From assembly GCF_009914755.1 (NCBI RefSeq), contig NC_060934.1: DNA of 64,000 bases. One strand, written 5' to 3'. Numbering within the stretch: position 1 is the stretch's first letter; each line of letters starts with the position of its first letter. The stretch is from the human T2T-CHM13v2.0 reference genome, Homo sapiens. This document shows, one piece after another, positions 61,200-64,000 of this stretch. Under the pieces are notes generated by a model. It was not told the DNA's origin and did not search any database. It was given only the letters and a program-made list of their open reading frames with translations. Made by a program: the position numbers and the translations under genes.

Positions 61200-61780
61200 A
61201 GACATTACTTATTAAAGCTGAGATGTAACATAAGAAGAAATAAACCCATTCAATTGTCTCCTTGAATAGTAAAATACATGCTACAGGAAGCTATCAGAGA
61301 TTTTGTGAGCTGTAATGTCTTTAGGAGGAATAAAAAAGATTTTGTTTTTAACAATTCTTCATCTCTGACAACCGAATACAATTTTTTTCCAACGTGACCA
61401 AAGAGTGCTGAACATCTCACCAGCAATGTCATCTTTCGCTCCACCTTGAAGTGAACAGAGTGATAAGAAAATCATTTTTTCACTAGTAGAAAAGTTATAT
61501 GATTTCTAAGAATCCTTGGGCAGTCATTGCTTTGAAGACTTGTTTGACCAAAAACTCATGTTGCCCATCAAAGACTCTTAGCTTTTTCTCAACAGTTGTA
61601 ATGAGAAGGATTATGATCAGTTCTTAAAAGTGTACAAGTTAACAAGATAATACTTGGCATCAAGTCCATCTCTAAGCTTCTTAAAAGGTCTTTAAAACAA
61701 ACGATTAACTCTCTTCACACTACCTATGGATGGAGTAGACTTCATTGAAGGTTTGGAAAAAAAGGGAGAGGAGGGACTAG

Positions 61781-62096
<316 letters not shown>

Positions 62097-62309
62097 AAGC
62101 AGTTCTTAAAATGCTCTTATAGCCCTTTGACCCCCCTTTCCCCACTCCCTGTGTCCTCTCTAGGCTGCCTGTCTGCTGGGTGCCCCCTTCGCTGCTTCCA
62201 TGACTGCCTCTCACCCTCCCTCCTGGATTGTTCTGGCAGGCTCACATTCTTTTCCTTCTGTGATGCAGAGCAATTCCATGCTCTTCTACTAGAATTCTCA
62301 GGTTTGACT

Positions 62310-63012
62310 CAGAGTCCAGGGTCCAGGCAGGAAACAGAAACCACACCAGTGACTTTCACAGAAAGAATTTAATATACAGAATTGCTAACTAGAATTAGGT
62401 TACTGACCAGTTAACTGAAATGGCAGAATGTATAGTAAGGTATCCCAGAGGTAGCAATTGCAGAAGGCAGCTACCACCCCAAGGGCTGAAAGAACTATGG
62501 GAAGAGTTTGGAGCTATGAAAACATAAATGCTTGAGGATGGGCCCTGTGAAGATGGGATTCTCACCTAGGATGAAAGTGTACTTCTTAGTCAGAGCTAGT
62601 GTCTCTGAGCTGGGAGAAGAAGTGTGAGGGTCTGGGACCCAGATTTCCACAGAGGAAATATTGTCTATCTGGTGCTGGTGTTTCTAAGGCTGAGGTGTGA
62701 AGAAGCTGGCTGTGCAAGTGCTAGAAAAGCTGGCACCTGGATTCTGTGGCTGATGTGGAAAGGAACTGCCTCTGCGCAGTGAAGTAGTATTGCTACCATG
62801 ATGCTCAAAAGAGTAGGAAACAGATAAGAAGAAATATGTTCCCTTCTCCTCTTCCAGCCCTGCAGTCTCCCTCTTGAATCCCTTCTTGGTGGAACCTAAT
62901 AGAGCAGGTGGCCATATAGAAGTGTGGTTTGCAGGTCTGACATCAGCATCACTGAGCAGAATACAGAAGGAAGACATGGAGCTGACAGACAATAGCTTCA
63001 TAACTGGTGTAC
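62310..63012. mobile_element. Old ERV LTR-like remnant (possibly LTR78/79 group)
   Basis: CAGGGTCCAGGCAGGAAACAGAAACCACACCAG...AGAATTTAATATA resembles recalled old LTR ends; family uncertain. Confidence 0.4.
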
Positions 63013-63808
63013 ACACCCAAAGCCACTAGCGTGTTTAGCAAAATCAAAGAGCTTCCAGTTGAACAGCGTTGCCCTTTCATCTCAGTGGCCTTTCTCTGTC
63101 ATGGACACCTGGCTGGCACATGACTGAAGGAACTAGCAGGTGGGAAAAGGAGAGGAGAGATCAAATATTTAAGATGTGCCTCCTTTGCCCTCCAGTGCCA
63201 GATCCTTAGGTCTGGGAACTCACATCTAAGTGCTATTGGCATCTTCCTGGGACCTTAGGAAAAAATTTGCCACAGCAGTTTCCAACCTGTCTGGGAAGCA
63301 CTTGAGGCTTAGCTCCTGCACCATCCACTTGGAACTGGATTGGTTGTCCTTGTCCCTGACTCTTCTATGATTTCCTCTCTGTATCCAGCTCTATTTAGAT
63401 GGCTTATCCTCTGTAAATCTTCCCTCTATAAAGGCATTACTCTGCTAGATCTCCTCCATTCACCCCGCATTGCAGTCACAGCCAAGGCTCAGGCCCATGC
63501 CCATCTGATTCCAGGCCTATGGACACAACCTTTACCTCTCAGGACAGGGGGAAGTGATGCTTTTAAAATGTCAAATCTTGTCTCCTTCCCAATAATTTTA
63601 AATATGATTTCCATATAATGATAAGGCTTTGTGAGATTCAGAGAGGTTAAGTAGCTTGCCCCAAATCATACAGCTAGAAAGTGGTAAAGCCTGGGTTTCA
63701 ATACTTGATGGTTTGGCCCTGTCTCCTACCTTGAAGATGACACTTATGTGGAAAATAAGTGGCAGTTTCCTCTTTCTTCTCCCAATCTCTCATCTATGAA
63801 TGAAATTA

Positions 63809-63997
<189 letters not shown>

Positions 63998-64000
63998 CTA

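Overview
Primate (most likely human) genomic DNA, dense in Alu SINEs, with MaLR/ERV solo LTRs, DNA-transposon fossils, MIR/L1/L2 remnants and microsatellites. It looks like the interior of a long intron or an intergenic region. No multi-exon protein-coding gene can be read directly, and almost every ORF in the track is an Alu, LTR12 or microsatellite artefact. Firm calls are a full-length RPL21 processed pseudogene (minus strand, 17-bp TSD, frame open but ATG changed to GTG), a full-length LTR12 (HERV9) solo LTR with a 4-bp TSD, three THE1 solo LTRs, a 5S rRNA pseudogene fragment, Tigger2a, MER1A, MER30 and MER33. The best leads are: (1) a 36-nt plus-strand micro-exon at 13162-13197 whose acceptor is followed at once by a second donor (recursive-splice-site/RS-exon layout), with a candidate internal promoter (~15.4-15.9 kb) and a candidate terminal exon (20040 onward); (2) two AT-rich fold-back structures (28.3-28.8 kb and 41.7-42.3 kb), the second with 36-bp arms apparently copied from a site 1.8 kb away; (3) a 5S rRNA-Alu monomer fusion later split by a THE1 LTR. 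I could not identify the host gene, and none of these leads is a demonstrated new system. Repeat family names come from recalled consensus sequences rather than a search, and repeat boundaries are approximate unless a TSD is given.
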